Below are positions 1-9,334 of a stretch of DNA of 64,000 nucleotides, piece by piece. The notes beneath the pieces are model-generated. The model searched no databases and was not told where the DNA came from. It saw only the letters and a program-made list of their open reading frames with translations. The stretch covers positions 416,001-480,000 of the forward strand of contig CAVPCR010000002.1 in the NCBI GenBank assembly GCA_963702435.1. The letters are read 5' to 3'. The number at the start of each line of letters is the position of its first letter. Positions within the stretch are counted from its first letter, which is position 1. The translations under genes were made by a program, and so were the position numbers. The stretch comes from Candidatus Eiseniibacteriota bacterium. Its GTDB lineage: Bacteria > Eisenbacteria > RBG-16-71-46 > CAVPCR01.

Positions 1-1074
1 CTTGTTCAGGAACCGCATGGCCTCGACCTCCATCGGATAGACGAGCCGGGTCCCGTTCACGAGCTCGCCCTTGCCGCTCGCGAGCGCGGCGAAGAAGCGC
101 GGCAGCAGCTCGGGCGGCACGGTCAGGTCGGCATCGAGGATCATGAGCACGTCGCCGGTCGCCGCGGCGAACCCCTTCCGCACCGCATCGCCCTTGCCGA
201 CCCCGGCGCCCTGGCGGACGAGCGTCATGGGGCGCTCGGGATGGAGCGCGATCTGGTGCTCGATCTCCTCGGCCGTGCCGTCGCTCGAGTTGCCCTCGAC
301 GAAGACGATCTCGGTGCCGGCGCCCATCTCCGGGGTGCGGCGCACCGCCTCCGCAATGTTTCCCCGTTCGTTCCGCGCCGGGATGACCACGCTCACCCGC
401 CACGCCGCGGCGCCGGCCGGCGACTCCTCCGGCCGCGCGATCACGAGCTGGATCAGGCCGAGTTGGGTGAACGGCCAGAAGCGGCCGACGATGTGATTCA
501 GGACCCAGGCGAGGCCGGGGATGCGGAACGGAAAGATCACCTCGCTCGACTCCCGGACCACGTCGATATCTGCGAGATGGCACAGGTTCTTGAGATCCTG
601 GAGCGAGAGCCAGTTGAGCTCGCGGCGCGGCCGTCCGGCCTGGAACCGGGCCATGAAGCGCAGGAGAAGCTCCCAGACCGCGTTCGGGTGCGCAAGCAGG
701 ATGCGCGTTCCCGGGTGGCACGCCGCCCGCGCCCGCGCGAGCACGGCCTCGACGTCGCGCGCCTCGCCGAGCGCCGCCCACACGACGACGAAGTCGAAGG
801 GCGGCCCGGTCCAGGTGAACGACTCGAGCTCCACCGCGATGAACTCGAGGTGCGGATGGCGAGCGCGAGCGAGCGCCGCGACCGCCGGGTCCGCGCACAC
901 GCCGACGCCGCGCCCGGGGTCGAGGGCCGCGAGCACGTCCCCGTTGCGGGCGGTGCCGATCTCGAGGACGCTCGCCCCGGGCGGGATGTGGAGCGCGAGC
1001 AGCCGCACGAGCTCGCGCACGTAAGGCGAGGTCCGCCGCGCCGCGGCCGCGCGCGGCGCCGCCGGCGTTGACAT
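1..1074 (-). CDS. Bifunctional methyltransferase-like domain / family 2 glycosyltransferase (3' end runs off window)
   Basis: Hand translation from ATG at 1074: N-terminal VLEIG SAM-like motif, then VSVVIPARNERGNI, VEGNSSDGT, GKGDAVRKG, ILDADLTVPP, GTRLVYPME. No stop before position 1, so it is absent from the ORF track. Confidence 0.85.
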   Translation of the reverse strand, partial: MSTPAAPRAAAARRTSPYVRELVRLLALHIPPGASVLEIGTARNGDVLAALDPGRGVGVCADPAVAALARARHPHLEFIAVELESFTWTGPPFDFVVVWAALGEARDVEAVLARARAACHPGTRILLAHPNAVWELLLRFMARFQAGRPRRELNWLSLQDLKNLCHLADIDVVRESSEVIFPFRIPGLAWVLNHIVGRFWPFTQLGLIQLVIARPEESPAGAAAWRVSVVIPARNERGNIAEAVRRTPEMGAGTEIVFVEGNSSDGTAEEIEHQIALHPERPMTLVRQGAGVGKGDAVRKGFAAATGDVLMILDADLTVPPELLPRFFAALASGKGELVNGTRLVYPMEVEAMRFLNK

Positions 1075-1107
1075 GTCCGGGTCTCCGGTCAACACTCCCT
1101 CCCCATC

Positions 1108-1923
1108 ATGCGACGTGAAAACTCGAAGCGCTCGCCCACCGTGCCGGCCGGCGATCAGACGCCGGCGGAGGTGATCGCGGCGCGCAACGTTGCCTATGCC
1201 GCGCGCCCGCTCCTCCGCGCGGTGTACCGCCAGGCGCTCGCCGCGATCGGGCGCGAGCTCGCGCCCGGCGCGCGCACGGTCGAGATCGGCGGCGGCTCCG
1301 GCATGGCCCGCGAGTTCCTCCCCGGGCTCCTCGTCACCGATCTCGTGGCCACCCCGCACGTGGACCTGGTGGCCGACGCCACGCGCTTGCCGTTCGCCGC
1401 GGCGAGCCTCGACAACCTGATCGGGATCGACTGCCTCCACCACCTCCCGCGTCCGGGCGCCCTCTTCGCCGAGGCGAACCGCGTCCTCCGTCCGGGCGGG
1501 CGCCTCGTGCTCATCGAGCCGTACATCTCACCCGCAAGCCGCCTCGCGTTCGCGCTCGCGCATCCCGAGCCGGTGGATCTCGCCGCCGATCCGTTACCGG
1601 ACGACGATCGACCCGTGTTCGCTCCCGGCGGACCCTTCGCCGCCAACCAGGCGATCCCGACGCTCCTCTTCTTCCGCCATCGCGCCCGCCTGGCCGCTCG
1701 CTTCCCCGCGCTCGCGCTCCGCACCGCGCGGCGCATGAGCACGGTCGCCTACCCGCTGAGCGGCGGGTTCTCGCAACCGAGCCCGGTGCCGGCGTGGGCC
1801 GCGGGCGCCGTGTGGGCGCTCGAGCGGCTGACTGCCCCTCTCGCGCCCCTCCTGGCCTTCCGGCTCCTCGTCACGCTCGAGCGGACGGCGGCACCGGCAC
1901 CGCACCACTCCGCGCCGCCGTGA
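1108..1923 (+). CDS. Class I SAM-dependent methyltransferase
   Basis: VEIGGGSG, DATRLPF, RVLRPGGRLVLIEP motifs. Confidence 0.85.
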   Translation: MRRENSKRSPTVPAGDQTPAEVIAARNVAYAARPLLRAVYRQALAAIGRELAPGARTVEIGGGSGMAREFLPGLLVTDLVATPHVDLVADATRLPFAAASLDNLIGIDCLHHLPRPGALFAEANRVLRPGGRLVLIEPYISPASRLAFALAHPEPVDLAADPLPDDDRPVFAPGGPFAANQAIPTLLFFRHRARLAARFPALALRTARRMSTVAYPLSGGFSQPSPVPAWAAGAVWALERLTAPLAPLLAFRLLVTLERTAAPAPHHSAPP

Positions 1924-2863
1924 CCTGCGCAGCGACCCACGGATAGGTGCGGGCGATCCCGTCCGCGAGGAAGTACCGGGCCCGCCATCCGGTCGTGTAG
2001 ATGCGCTCGTTCGAGAAGTTACGGGAGCGGACGCCGACCGGACCGTCCACGTGCCGGATGTTGACTCGCTTCCCCGCCGCCGCGGCCACGGTCGCGACGA
2101 GCTCGTTCACCGACACGTACTCGGGACAGCCGATGTTGGCCGGCCCGTCGAGAGCGGAGTGCATGAGGCGGTAGATCCCGTCGACCATGTCGTCGACGTA
2201 GGTGTAGGAGCGGATGGCGGTGCCGTCACCCCACACTTCGATCGTGCCGCCGTCCTCGACCTCGGCCACCTTGCGGCAGATCGCCGCCGGCGCCTTCTCG
2301 CGGCCGCCGGTCCAGGTGCCCTCGGGGCCGTAGCAGTTCTGGAAGCGCGCGATGCGCACCTGCATGCCGGTCTTGCGGGCGAAGGCCATGGCCACCCGTT
2401 CCGAGTAGAGCTTCTCCCAGCCGTACTCGTTGTCGGGAAACGCCGGATAGGCGCCGGCTTCGTCCAGCTCGGGCTCGCCCGGAGCCATGTCGCGATAGAT
2501 GCAGACCGACGACGAGAAGAAGTAGTGCGGCACGCGAGCGGCGGCGGCGGCCCGGGTCATGTTGACATTGATGAAGACGTTGTTGCGCATGATCTCGCAC
2601 TCGGCGGCGTGGATGAAGCCCATCCCGCCCATGTCGGCCGCGAGCTGGTACACCTCGTCGAACGGACCCCCATCGCGGGCGAGCGCCGCCGCACAGTTCT
2701 TCTCGTCGCGGAGATCGAGGAGGAGGAACTCGTCCGCGGCGGTCGGGGCGAACTCGGAGTGCTTGAGATCCACGCCACGCACCCAGTAGCCGCGGGCCCG
2801 GAGCCCCTTCACGAGGTGGCTCCCGATGAACCCGCCGGCGCCGCAGACCAGGGCTGTTTTCAT
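1871..2863 (-). CDS. NAD-dependent epimerase/dehydratase, GDP-mannose 3',5'-epimerase-like
   Basis: MKTALVCGAGGFIGSHL, LAADMGGMGFI, YGWEKLYSE, GGREKAPAAICRK; start placed at ATG 2863. Confidence 0.88.
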   Translation of the reverse strand: MKTALVCGAGGFIGSHLVKGLRARGYWVRGVDLKHSEFAPTAADEFLLLDLRDEKNCAAALARDGGPFDEVYQLAADMGGMGFIHAAECEIMRNNVFINVNMTRAAAAARVPHYFFSSSVCIYRDMAPGEPELDEAGAYPAFPDNEYGWEKLYSERVAMAFARKTGMQVRIARFQNCYGPEGTWTGGREKAPAAICRKVAEVEDGGTIEVWGDGTAIRSYTYVDDMVDGIYRLMHSALDGPANIGCPEYVSVNELVATVAAAAGKRVNIRHVDGPVGVRSRNFSNERIYTTGWRARYFLADGIARTYPWVAAQVTAARSGAVPVPPSARA

Positions 2864-3205
2864 CCGACGATCCTCTGGACCATGCTCACTGCCGGGGGCG
2901 AGCCGCGGGCGATCGCCGAACCCCGGCGTGGAAACGCCGCCCCGAGCCCGGGGCGGCGCGCCGCATGCATCGTCAACATTAACCCGGGACGCAGCGAAAT
3001 GTCCACGCATGCGGACCTCATGGAGACAAGGAGACACATGAACCTGAGCCCTCCCCAACGGAGACCGATCGGGGCGCTGGCGGGGCGCCGGAGGACCGGG
3101 AACTCGCGCCTGGTGTTGGAGAGGCGCTCTACCGGCATCTGAGAGGCATTCTGGAGACGGGGCCGGCCGGAGGCAGAAAGACGATCGAGGAGAGGGTGGA
3201 GAAGT

Positions 3206-3291
3206 TGGTGCCGGGAGCGGGATTTGAACCCGCACGGGTTGCCCCACACGCCCCTCAAACGTGCGTGTCTACCAGGTTCCACCATCCCGGC
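3206..3291 (-). tRNA. tRNA-Leu (GAG)
   Basis: Reverse complement GCCGGGATGGTGGAACCTGGTAGACACG-CACGT-TTGAGGG-GCGTG...GGTTCAAATCCC...GGCACCA; long variable arm, encoded CCA, classic position downstream of secG. Confidence 0.95.
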
Positions 3292-3393
3292 ACCGCAATC
3301 GTCAGGTCAGAAGCCCCCGGTGGAGGGGGCTCGGTTCCGTAGAATACGCGATCCCGCGGGATCGTTCTCGCTCGATGTTCTTCCCCGCCCTGC

Positions 3394-3957
3394 CTAGCGG
3401 CCGCCGCCCGTCGCCGACCCGGCCGGCGGCGCCTTCGGCGCCGGGGTTGCCGCACCGGGTGCCGGTGTACTCGCTCCGGGCGCCGGCGTCCCCGGAACTG
3501 CCGTCCCGGCGGCCGGCACCGTCATGGGCACACTGCCGTAAGCACCAGGGGCGCCCGGCCGTGGGGCCGGCGCACCGGCCGGCGCAGTCCCGGCGGCTCC
3601 ACCCGGTCCTGCCGGCTGACCGCTCGCCGGGAAGCCCGACTCACCCGGCCCCGGCAGGCTCGTCGGCTCCTCGGTCGCTTGCGCTGCCGCCTTCTCGAGA
3701 GCGCTCTTCGACTCGCCGCCGAAGCGATCGCTCGAGAGGATGGCAAGAAGCAGGGAGCTCACCATGAAGCTCGCCCCGAGCACCGTCGTGGCCTTGCTGA
3801 GGAAGGTAGCCGCGCCGCGTCCGCCGAAGATGGCCTGGGAGCCGCCTCCGCCGCCGAAGGCCCCGGCCAGTCCGCCGCCCCGCCCCGACTGGAGCAGAAC
3901 GGAGATCATGAGCGCCAGGCTGATGAGGACATGCAGGATCAGTAGAACGACGTACAT
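3394..3957 (-). CDS. secG: Preprotein translocase subunit SecG with long Pro/Ala/Gly tail
   Basis: VLLQSGRGGGLAGAFGGGG..IFGGRGAATFLSKAT; two TM segments; tpiA-secG-tRNA-Leu synteny. Confidence 0.93.
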   Translation of the reverse strand: MYVVLLILHVLISLALMISVLLQSGRGGGLAGAFGGGGGSQAIFGGRGAATFLSKATTVLGASFMVSSLLLAILSSDRFGGESKSALEKAAAQATEEPTSLPGPGESGFPASGQPAGPGGAAGTAPAGAPAPRPGAPGAYGSVPMTVPAAGTAVPGTPAPGASTPAPGAATPAPKAPPAGSATGGGR

Positions 3958-3996
3958 GCGGTCAACACTCTCCGTTGGCTTGAATCGAGCCCGAGG

Positions 3997-4025
3997 AGGG
4001 TAGCATGCGACCCCGGTCGGCTCAA
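3997..4025 (-). promoter_or_regulatory. Putative sigma70 promoter for secG
   Basis: TTGAGC-N17-TACCCT on minus strand. Confidence 0.45.
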
Positions 4026-4133
4026 CCCCGGTTTTTCGAAGGGCCGCGGAGGTGGGAGCCCCGGCATCATGCGGCCCCGCCAGCCCCGGCCGCCCCCACC
4101 CGGGGCCGCCGGCCCCGCCCGGAGTCGCCGGGC

Positions 4134-4925
4134 CTACCTGGCTGCTTCGGCCCCGATCTGGATCAGACGCCCGAAATCCTCCGCCTTGAGGCTCGCTCCT
4201 CCGACCAGGGCTCCGTCGATCTCGACCTCCCCGAGCAGGTCGGCCCCATTCCCGGCGTTGACGCTGCCCCCGTAGAGGATCCGGAGCTCGGCGGCCGTCG
4301 GCTCACCCAGGCGCTCGGCGAGCGCCGCGCGCAGGCGGGCGTGCACCTCGACCGCCTGGGCCGGCGTCGCGGTTCGCCCGGTGCCGATCGCCCACACCGG
4401 TTCGTAGGCGAGCACCGTCGCGGCCGCCTGCGCCCGATCGAGGGCCCCGTAGACCGCGCCGAGCTGCCGCTCGACGACCGGGACCGTGTCGCCGGCCTCG
4501 CGCTCCGCCAGGGTCTCCCCGACGCAGACGATCGGCGTGAGTCCCACGTCGAGCGCCGCGCGCGCCTTCCGCGCGACCGTCTCGTCCGATTCGCCGAAGA
4601 GATGGCGACGCTCCGAATGACCGACGATCACGAAGCGGCACCCCACCTCGAGGAGCATGTCGCCCGCGATCTCGCCGGTGAAGGCGCCCGCGCGTTCCCA
4701 GTGGAGATCCTGTGCGCCAAGCCCGACGCTCGAACCGCGGAGCGCCTCGGCCACCGCGGTCAGGGTCACGAAGGGCGGACATACGATCACCTGCGGCGGC
4801 GTCCCCGCACCGCGCGCTCCACCCTCGACCCCGCTCACCGCGCGCGCCACCGCCCGCGCGAGCTCGGCGCCCGCGCGCGGCCCCAGGTTCATCTTCCAGT
4901 TGCCGGCGATCAGCTTCTGCCGCAT
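4134..4925 (-). CDS. tpiA: Triosephosphate isomerase
   Basis: IAGNWKMN, GHSERR, AYEPVWAIGTG, YGGSV, LVGGASL. Confidence 0.97.
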   Translation of the reverse strand: MRQKLIAGNWKMNLGPRAGAELARAVARAVSGVEGGARGAGTPPQVIVCPPFVTLTAVAEALRGSSVGLGAQDLHWERAGAFTGEIAGDMLLEVGCRFVIVGHSERRHLFGESDETVARKARAALDVGLTPIVCVGETLAEREAGDTVPVVERQLGAVYGALDRAQAAATVLAYEPVWAIGTGRTATPAQAVEVHARLRAALAERLGEPTAAELRILYGGSVNAGNGADLLGEVEIDGALVGGASLKAEDFGRLIQIGAEAAR

Positions 4926-4956
4926 GTCGAGCCCTCGTGTCAGTGGCCGTGCGATG

Positions 4957-6195
4957 TCAGCGGCCTGCGGGCGCGTCGGTGAGCGCGGCGACGCCGGGCA
5001 GCACCTTTCCCTCGAGGAACTCGAGGGATGCCCCGCCGCCGGTCGAGATGTGGGAGATCTGCTCGGCGAGACCGGCGCTCTCGACAGCGGCCACCGAGTC
5101 GCCGCCGCCCACGATCGTCGTCGCCCCGCGGCCGGTGGCCTGGGCCAGGGACTCCGCGACCGCGCGCGTGCCGTCAGCGAAGGGCTTCACCTCGAAGATG
5201 CCCATGGGGCCGTTCCAGAGGATCGTGCGGGCGTCGGCGAGCGCGGCGCCGAAGCGGGCCATCGTCGCCGGTCCGATGTCGACCCCCAGCACGCCTTCGG
5301 GGATGGCCGTGACCGGGACGATGTGACCCGCGCCGCCGGTTCCGTCGGCGTCCGCGGCCACGCGCGTGTCGGTCGGCAGGATGAGCTTCGGCCCCGCCTG
5401 CTTCAAGATGTCGCGCGCCAGGTCGAGCTTGTCGTCCTCGACCAGCGAGCGGCCGATCGCGAGCCCCTGGGCCTTGAGGAACGTGAACATCATCGCCCCG
5501 CCGATCAGCATGCGGTCAACGCGCGGCAGGAGATGGGTGATGACGTCGATCTTGCCGGAGATCTTGGCGCCGCCGAGGATGGCGACGAAGGGCCGCGCCG
5601 GCGACTCGAGAGCGCGCCCGAGCACCTCGATCTCGCGCGCAAGGAGGAGTCCGGCCGCGGCCGGCTTGAGATGCGCGGTGACGCCCGCGGTCGAGGCGTG
5701 GGCGCGATGGGCGCTGCCGAAGGCATCGTTCACGTAGACCTCGCCGAGACGCGCGAGGGCGGCGGCGAAGGCGGGATCGTTGGCCTCTTCCTCGGGGTGG
5801 AAGCGCAGGTTCTCGAGCACGAGCACGCCGCCCGGCGCGAGGGCGGCGGCCATGCGCTCGATGTCGGGTCCCACGCAATCGGGGGCGAAAATCACCGGCA
5901 CACCGAGGAGATCGGAGAGTCGCTCGGCCGCCGGCGCCAGGGACTGGGTGGGATCGGGCTTCTTCGGGCGTCCGAGGTGCGACATGAGGATGACCCGGGC
6001 GCCGGCCTCGCGGAGCAGCCGGATGGTCGGCAACGTGGCGCGGATCCGCGTGTCGTCGGTCACCTTGCCTTCACCGAGCGGAACGTTGAAGTCGACGCGC
6101 ACGAGCACGCGCTTTCCGCCGCGGCCGTCCGGGCCGCGGAGATCGAGGTCACGGACGCTCAGCTTGCCGAGGCCCGTCTTGGCTTGAGGAGTCAT
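4957..6195 (-). CDS. pgk: Phosphoglycerate kinase
   Basis: [51 protein letters not shown]; alternative start at 6210. Confidence 0.97.
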   Translation of the reverse strand: MTPQAKTGLGKLSVRDLDLRGPDGRGGKRVLVRVDFNVPLGEGKVTDDTRIRATLPTIRLLREAGARVILMSHLGRPKKPDPTQSLAPAAERLSDLLGVPVIFAPDCVGPDIERMAAALAPGGVLVLENLRFHPEEEANDPAFAAALARLGEVYVNDAFGSAHRAHASTAGVTAHLKPAAAGLLLAREIEVLGRALESPARPFVAILGGAKISGKIDVITHLLPRVDRMLIGGAMMFTFLKAQGLAIGRSLVEDDKLDLARDILKQAGPKLILPTDTRVAADADGTGGAGHIVPVTAIPEGVLGVDIGPATMARFGAALADARTILWNGPMGIFEVKPFADGTRAVAESLAQATGRGATTIVGGGDSVAAVESAGLAEQISHISTGGGASLEFLEGKVLPGVAALTDAPAGR

Positions 6196-6294
6196 GGCCA
6201 CCCCCATCATGGAAACAACATCGGCGCGCCCATCCAGCCGGCGCGCGGCGGGAGCGATGCGGCGATCAGGCGGGGATTGGGAGCCGGAGGGGCG

Positions 6295-6323
6295 AGACTA
6301 GGCGGGCGGCCCGGGGGTGTCAA
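6295..6323 (-). promoter_or_regulatory. sigma70 promoter for pgk-tpiA
   Basis: TTGACA-N17-TAGTCT on minus strand. Confidence 0.65.
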
Positions 6324-6659
6324 CCCTCGGCGAACTGCCGGCGGTGGTGCTGCAGGCGCCAACGCTCCCGTTGCGCAGTGGGCCGCCAGCGGCAAGCCCA
6401 CCGTGGCCCGGCTCCCTCCCCTGACAACCTGGTTAGCGAGTCCGACAACGCCGTTCGCAGGTGGGTGCCCCGGCGAGGCTGCCGCTCGAGGCCGGTGACC
6501 GACGTATCGATCGAGAAGCGGCGGTGGTTTCGCCGGATTCCTCTTCTGACCTGCAGCGGCATGAATCCTGCACTTGATGGGATCAGGCACGCGCGGGGAG
6601 GGTGACCGAGTTCACAAGACGCGACAGCGTTTGCCGCGGAGGGCGCGATCGGATCTCTG

Positions 6660-8216
6660 CTAGTAGTCGCTCTGGTCGCTGGCGCGGATCAGGCGGTAGT
6701 CGCCGACCCCGAGGTCGTCCACGAACACGAACTGGAGGCCCAGGCTCGTAGACATCTGCTTCTTGGGGAACAGCTCGACCCCCCGGTAGTCGTAGATCCA
6801 GATCTCGAACGCGCGCGAGTCCTCGGGATCGATGGCGCGACTGCCGGTGAGATCCCCCGCGGTCGAGCGGTCGAGCTCCTCGAGGGCCTCGTTGATGTCG
6901 TTGCCCTGGACGGGGATCACCTCGCGCCGAACCTCGTCGGGCTCGCCGTACTTGATGTAGATCCGCCCGCGGTCGGTGCGCATCCCCGGCTCGATCGTGG
7001 TCGTGTAGTTGTAGTTGGCAAACGCGATCCGCCGGTTGAACTCGTCGAGGATCTCGTTGCCCGCACCCGGTGTAGGGTCGCGAGCCGCCCAGAAGTCGTT
7101 CAGATAGCGCTCCTTGGCGCCGGGACGCAAGGCGAGAAAGTTGTCGAGCTCGGCCCCGTCGATGAGGAATGGCACCTCCGCCTCGATCTTGGCGAGCCAG
7201 CGCATCCAGTAGGCCGACACCCACATGACGTCGAACGATGACTCGACGACCGCGCGCCCGCTTGCCGCGACGTCCTTGACGGTGACTCCAAGCGAATAGG
7301 TGCCCGCGCGGAGCCCCGATACGTCGAAGCTGGAGGTGTCGGCCCAGGTCTCGACCTGGCTCGAGAGCTTGCGCTGCCAGGTCCGGAGCTGCGTTCCATC
7401 CTGGTCGCGAAGGACATAGGTGAGCTCGTACTGACGCCGCTCACCGGCCTGCCACGGGTTGAGGTCATAGGCCTCGAGATACGTGGCGGCGATGCGATCC
7501 GGCGCGCCGTAGACGCGGCCCGGATTGGGTTCGACGTCGAGCCCCGACTTGACGAAGGTCGGATCGGCGGCCTGCCCGCCGAAGGGACGGGCAAACTCGA
7601 TGTCGGACACCGAGAGCTCCCCCTCCGGGAAGCGGCGGAGAGCGAGGGGCGCCGCAGCGGATCCGCTCTTGGGCGTCTTCGTGAAGAGATAGACGATGCC
7701 TCGCTTGCGCGCGTTCCGGTCCTCGATCTGGGCCGCAACCGAGTCGGTCCCCTCGGGCACGGGGATCCGAAGCTGCAGGACTTGCCGGCGCACCGCCACC
7801 TCCGGCGGCACCTGGCCATCGGGCCCGGCCGGCGCGCCCTCCCGGAACTCGAGCGGATACTCGCGCCCGCCGAGGCGCTTGCCGCCGCCGAGGAACTCGA
7901 GCTGGAACTCGGTATTGGCGACGAGCCGGCCATCCTTCACCCGGAAGCCGAGGTCGGCGTTGTCGACCTCGAGATAGAACTCCGACTCGGTCGTGCCCAC
8001 TCCCGAGCGGAACGAAGCGTGGTCGAGGCGGAAGCGGATGTCGCCGGTGCCGATGATCGGAAAGTCGGCGGCCGCCGGTGAAGCGAGAGCTGCGGCCAGC
8101 CCGGCGGCCAGCCATACGCCGCGCGCCCCGCCGGAACGGGCGGCCAGCGCCACGCGGCGCCCCGGGCCGGACCCGGCGGCGAAGGCCATCTGGAGAGCCC
8201 TGACCCGAACGTTCAT
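6660..8216 (-). CDS. GWxTD domain-containing exported protein
   Basis: FWAARDPTP..NE..EFNRRIAFAN..GMRTDRGRIYIKYGEPDEV..EIWIY; N-terminal signal peptide; start uncertain (8216-8279). Confidence 0.85.
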   Translation of the reverse strand: MNVRVRALQMAFAAGSGPGRRVALAARSGGARGVWLAAGLAAALASPAAADFPIIGTGDIRFRLDHASFRSGVGTTESEFYLEVDNADLGFRVKDGRLVANTEFQLEFLGGGKRLGGREYPLEFREGAPAGPDGQVPPEVAVRRQVLQLRIPVPEGTDSVAAQIEDRNARKRGIVYLFTKTPKSGSAAAPLALRRFPEGELSVSDIEFARPFGGQAADPTFVKSGLDVEPNPGRVYGAPDRIAATYLEAYDLNPWQAGERRQYELTYVLRDQDGTQLRTWQRKLSSQVETWADTSSFDVSGLRAGTYSLGVTVKDVAASGRAVVESSFDVMWVSAYWMRWLAKIEAEVPFLIDGAELDNFLALRPGAKERYLNDFWAARDPTPGAGNEILDEFNRRIAFANYNYTTTIEPGMRTDRGRIYIKYGEPDEVRREVIPVQGNDINEALEELDRSTAGDLTGSRAIDPEDSRAFEIWIYDYRGVELFPKKQMSTSLGLQFVFVDDLGVGDYRLIRASDQSDY

Positions 8217-8303
8217 GTCGGCCCCAAAAGAAAGGAAGCAGCGCGGGTTCACCGTGCTGCTTCCGCGCGGGCGGCGCAAGTGGAAAATCGGACGTCGTGC
8301 CGT

Positions 8304-9239
8304 CTAGAACCCGAGCTCGACCGAGAAGCGATGGACGGTGCCGAGCGTTTCGAAGTCGTTGTAGGCGTAGTCGACCTTGGCCATCGCGGCATCCGAGACC
8401 GGGAACTTGACGCCGGCGCCGGCCGTCAAACCCTCGGTGTCGTAGTTGAACTTGTACCCGCCGCGCAGGAACATGAAGTCACGGAATCCGTACTCCGCTC
8501 CCCAGTTGCCGCGCTCCGCGTTGTCGGGCGGATGCGAGAACTCGACCGCCGTCAGCACGTTGTGCGGCCCGTTCTGGTAGAGCATGATCGAGCTGCCGAG
8601 CCGGAAGATGATGGGCATCTTCACCGAGTCCTCGATGAACTTCATCTCGGCGCCGATGTTGGCGATCGCCATCCCAATGCGGAGCGAGCGGTAGCCGGTG
8701 TCGTACAGCACGCCGAAGTCGAAGGTGGCGGTCGAGGCGTCGTAGTCGGCCAGGGTCTCCTGGACGTAGTTGACGGTGATTCCGGCCGAGAACTTGTCGG
8801 TGAACGACCGCCCGTACGTGAGCCCGAAGGCCACGTCGCCGGCATCGAAGTACGTGCCGTCACCCTCGGGGTGCGTGGTGTCCGTCCGCAACACGGGGGC
8901 CATGCTCAGCGCGCGGGCATGCACGGCGAGCATCCCCGGGATGAAGCCGACCGAGAAGATGTACGCGCCCTGGTTCAGGTCGAGCTCCGCCGGCCATGCC
9001 GCGTGACTGAAGGAGACCACGTTCCCCTGCACCCGGGCGATCCCCGCCGGATTCCAGTACACGGCCGTCGCGTCGTCCGCGATGGCGGTGTACGCATCGC
9101 CCATGGCGGTGGCGCGAGCGCCGATCCCGATCTTCAGGAACTGCCCCCCGATGGTGCCGACCTTCTCGAAGATCTCGGTCGCTCCCGCCTGTCCGGCGCT
9201 GAGCACGAGAACGAGGGCCAGCAAGCTCATTCGCTTCAC
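8304..9239 (-). CDS. PorV/PorQ (UPF0164)-family outer-membrane beta-barrel
   Basis: GQFLKIGIGARATAMGDAYTAIADDATAVYWNPAGIA; C-terminal VHRFSVELGF; GGAGG RBS before GTG at 9239. Confidence 0.85.
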   Translation of the reverse strand: MKRMSLLALVLVLSAGQAGATEIFEKVGTIGGQFLKIGIGARATAMGDAYTAIADDATAVYWNPAGIARVQGNVVSFSHAAWPAELDLNQGAYIFSVGFIPGMLAVHARALSMAPVLRTDTTHPEGDGTYFDAGDVAFGLTYGRSFTDKFSAGITVNYVQETLADYDASTATFDFGVLYDTGYRSLRIGMAIANIGAEMKFIEDSVKMPIIFRLGSSIMLYQNGPHNVLTAVEFSHPPDNAERGNWGAEYGFRDFMFLRGGYKFNYDTEGLTAGAGVKFPVSDAAMAKVDYAYNDFETLGTVHRFSVELGF

Positions 9240-9334
9240 GACTTGACCTCCGTGATTCCGGCCGCCGCCCGCACGGCGGACCTCGCGGCTCCCGTCGCCG
9301 GCAGCGGCCGGCTGCGCTGTGGTCGCCTGATCCA

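Noticed and set aside
6510..6560. Cobalamin-riboswitch-like GGAATCCGG string
   Set aside because: B12 box and other conserved elements not found; downstream gene (pgk) has its own promoter
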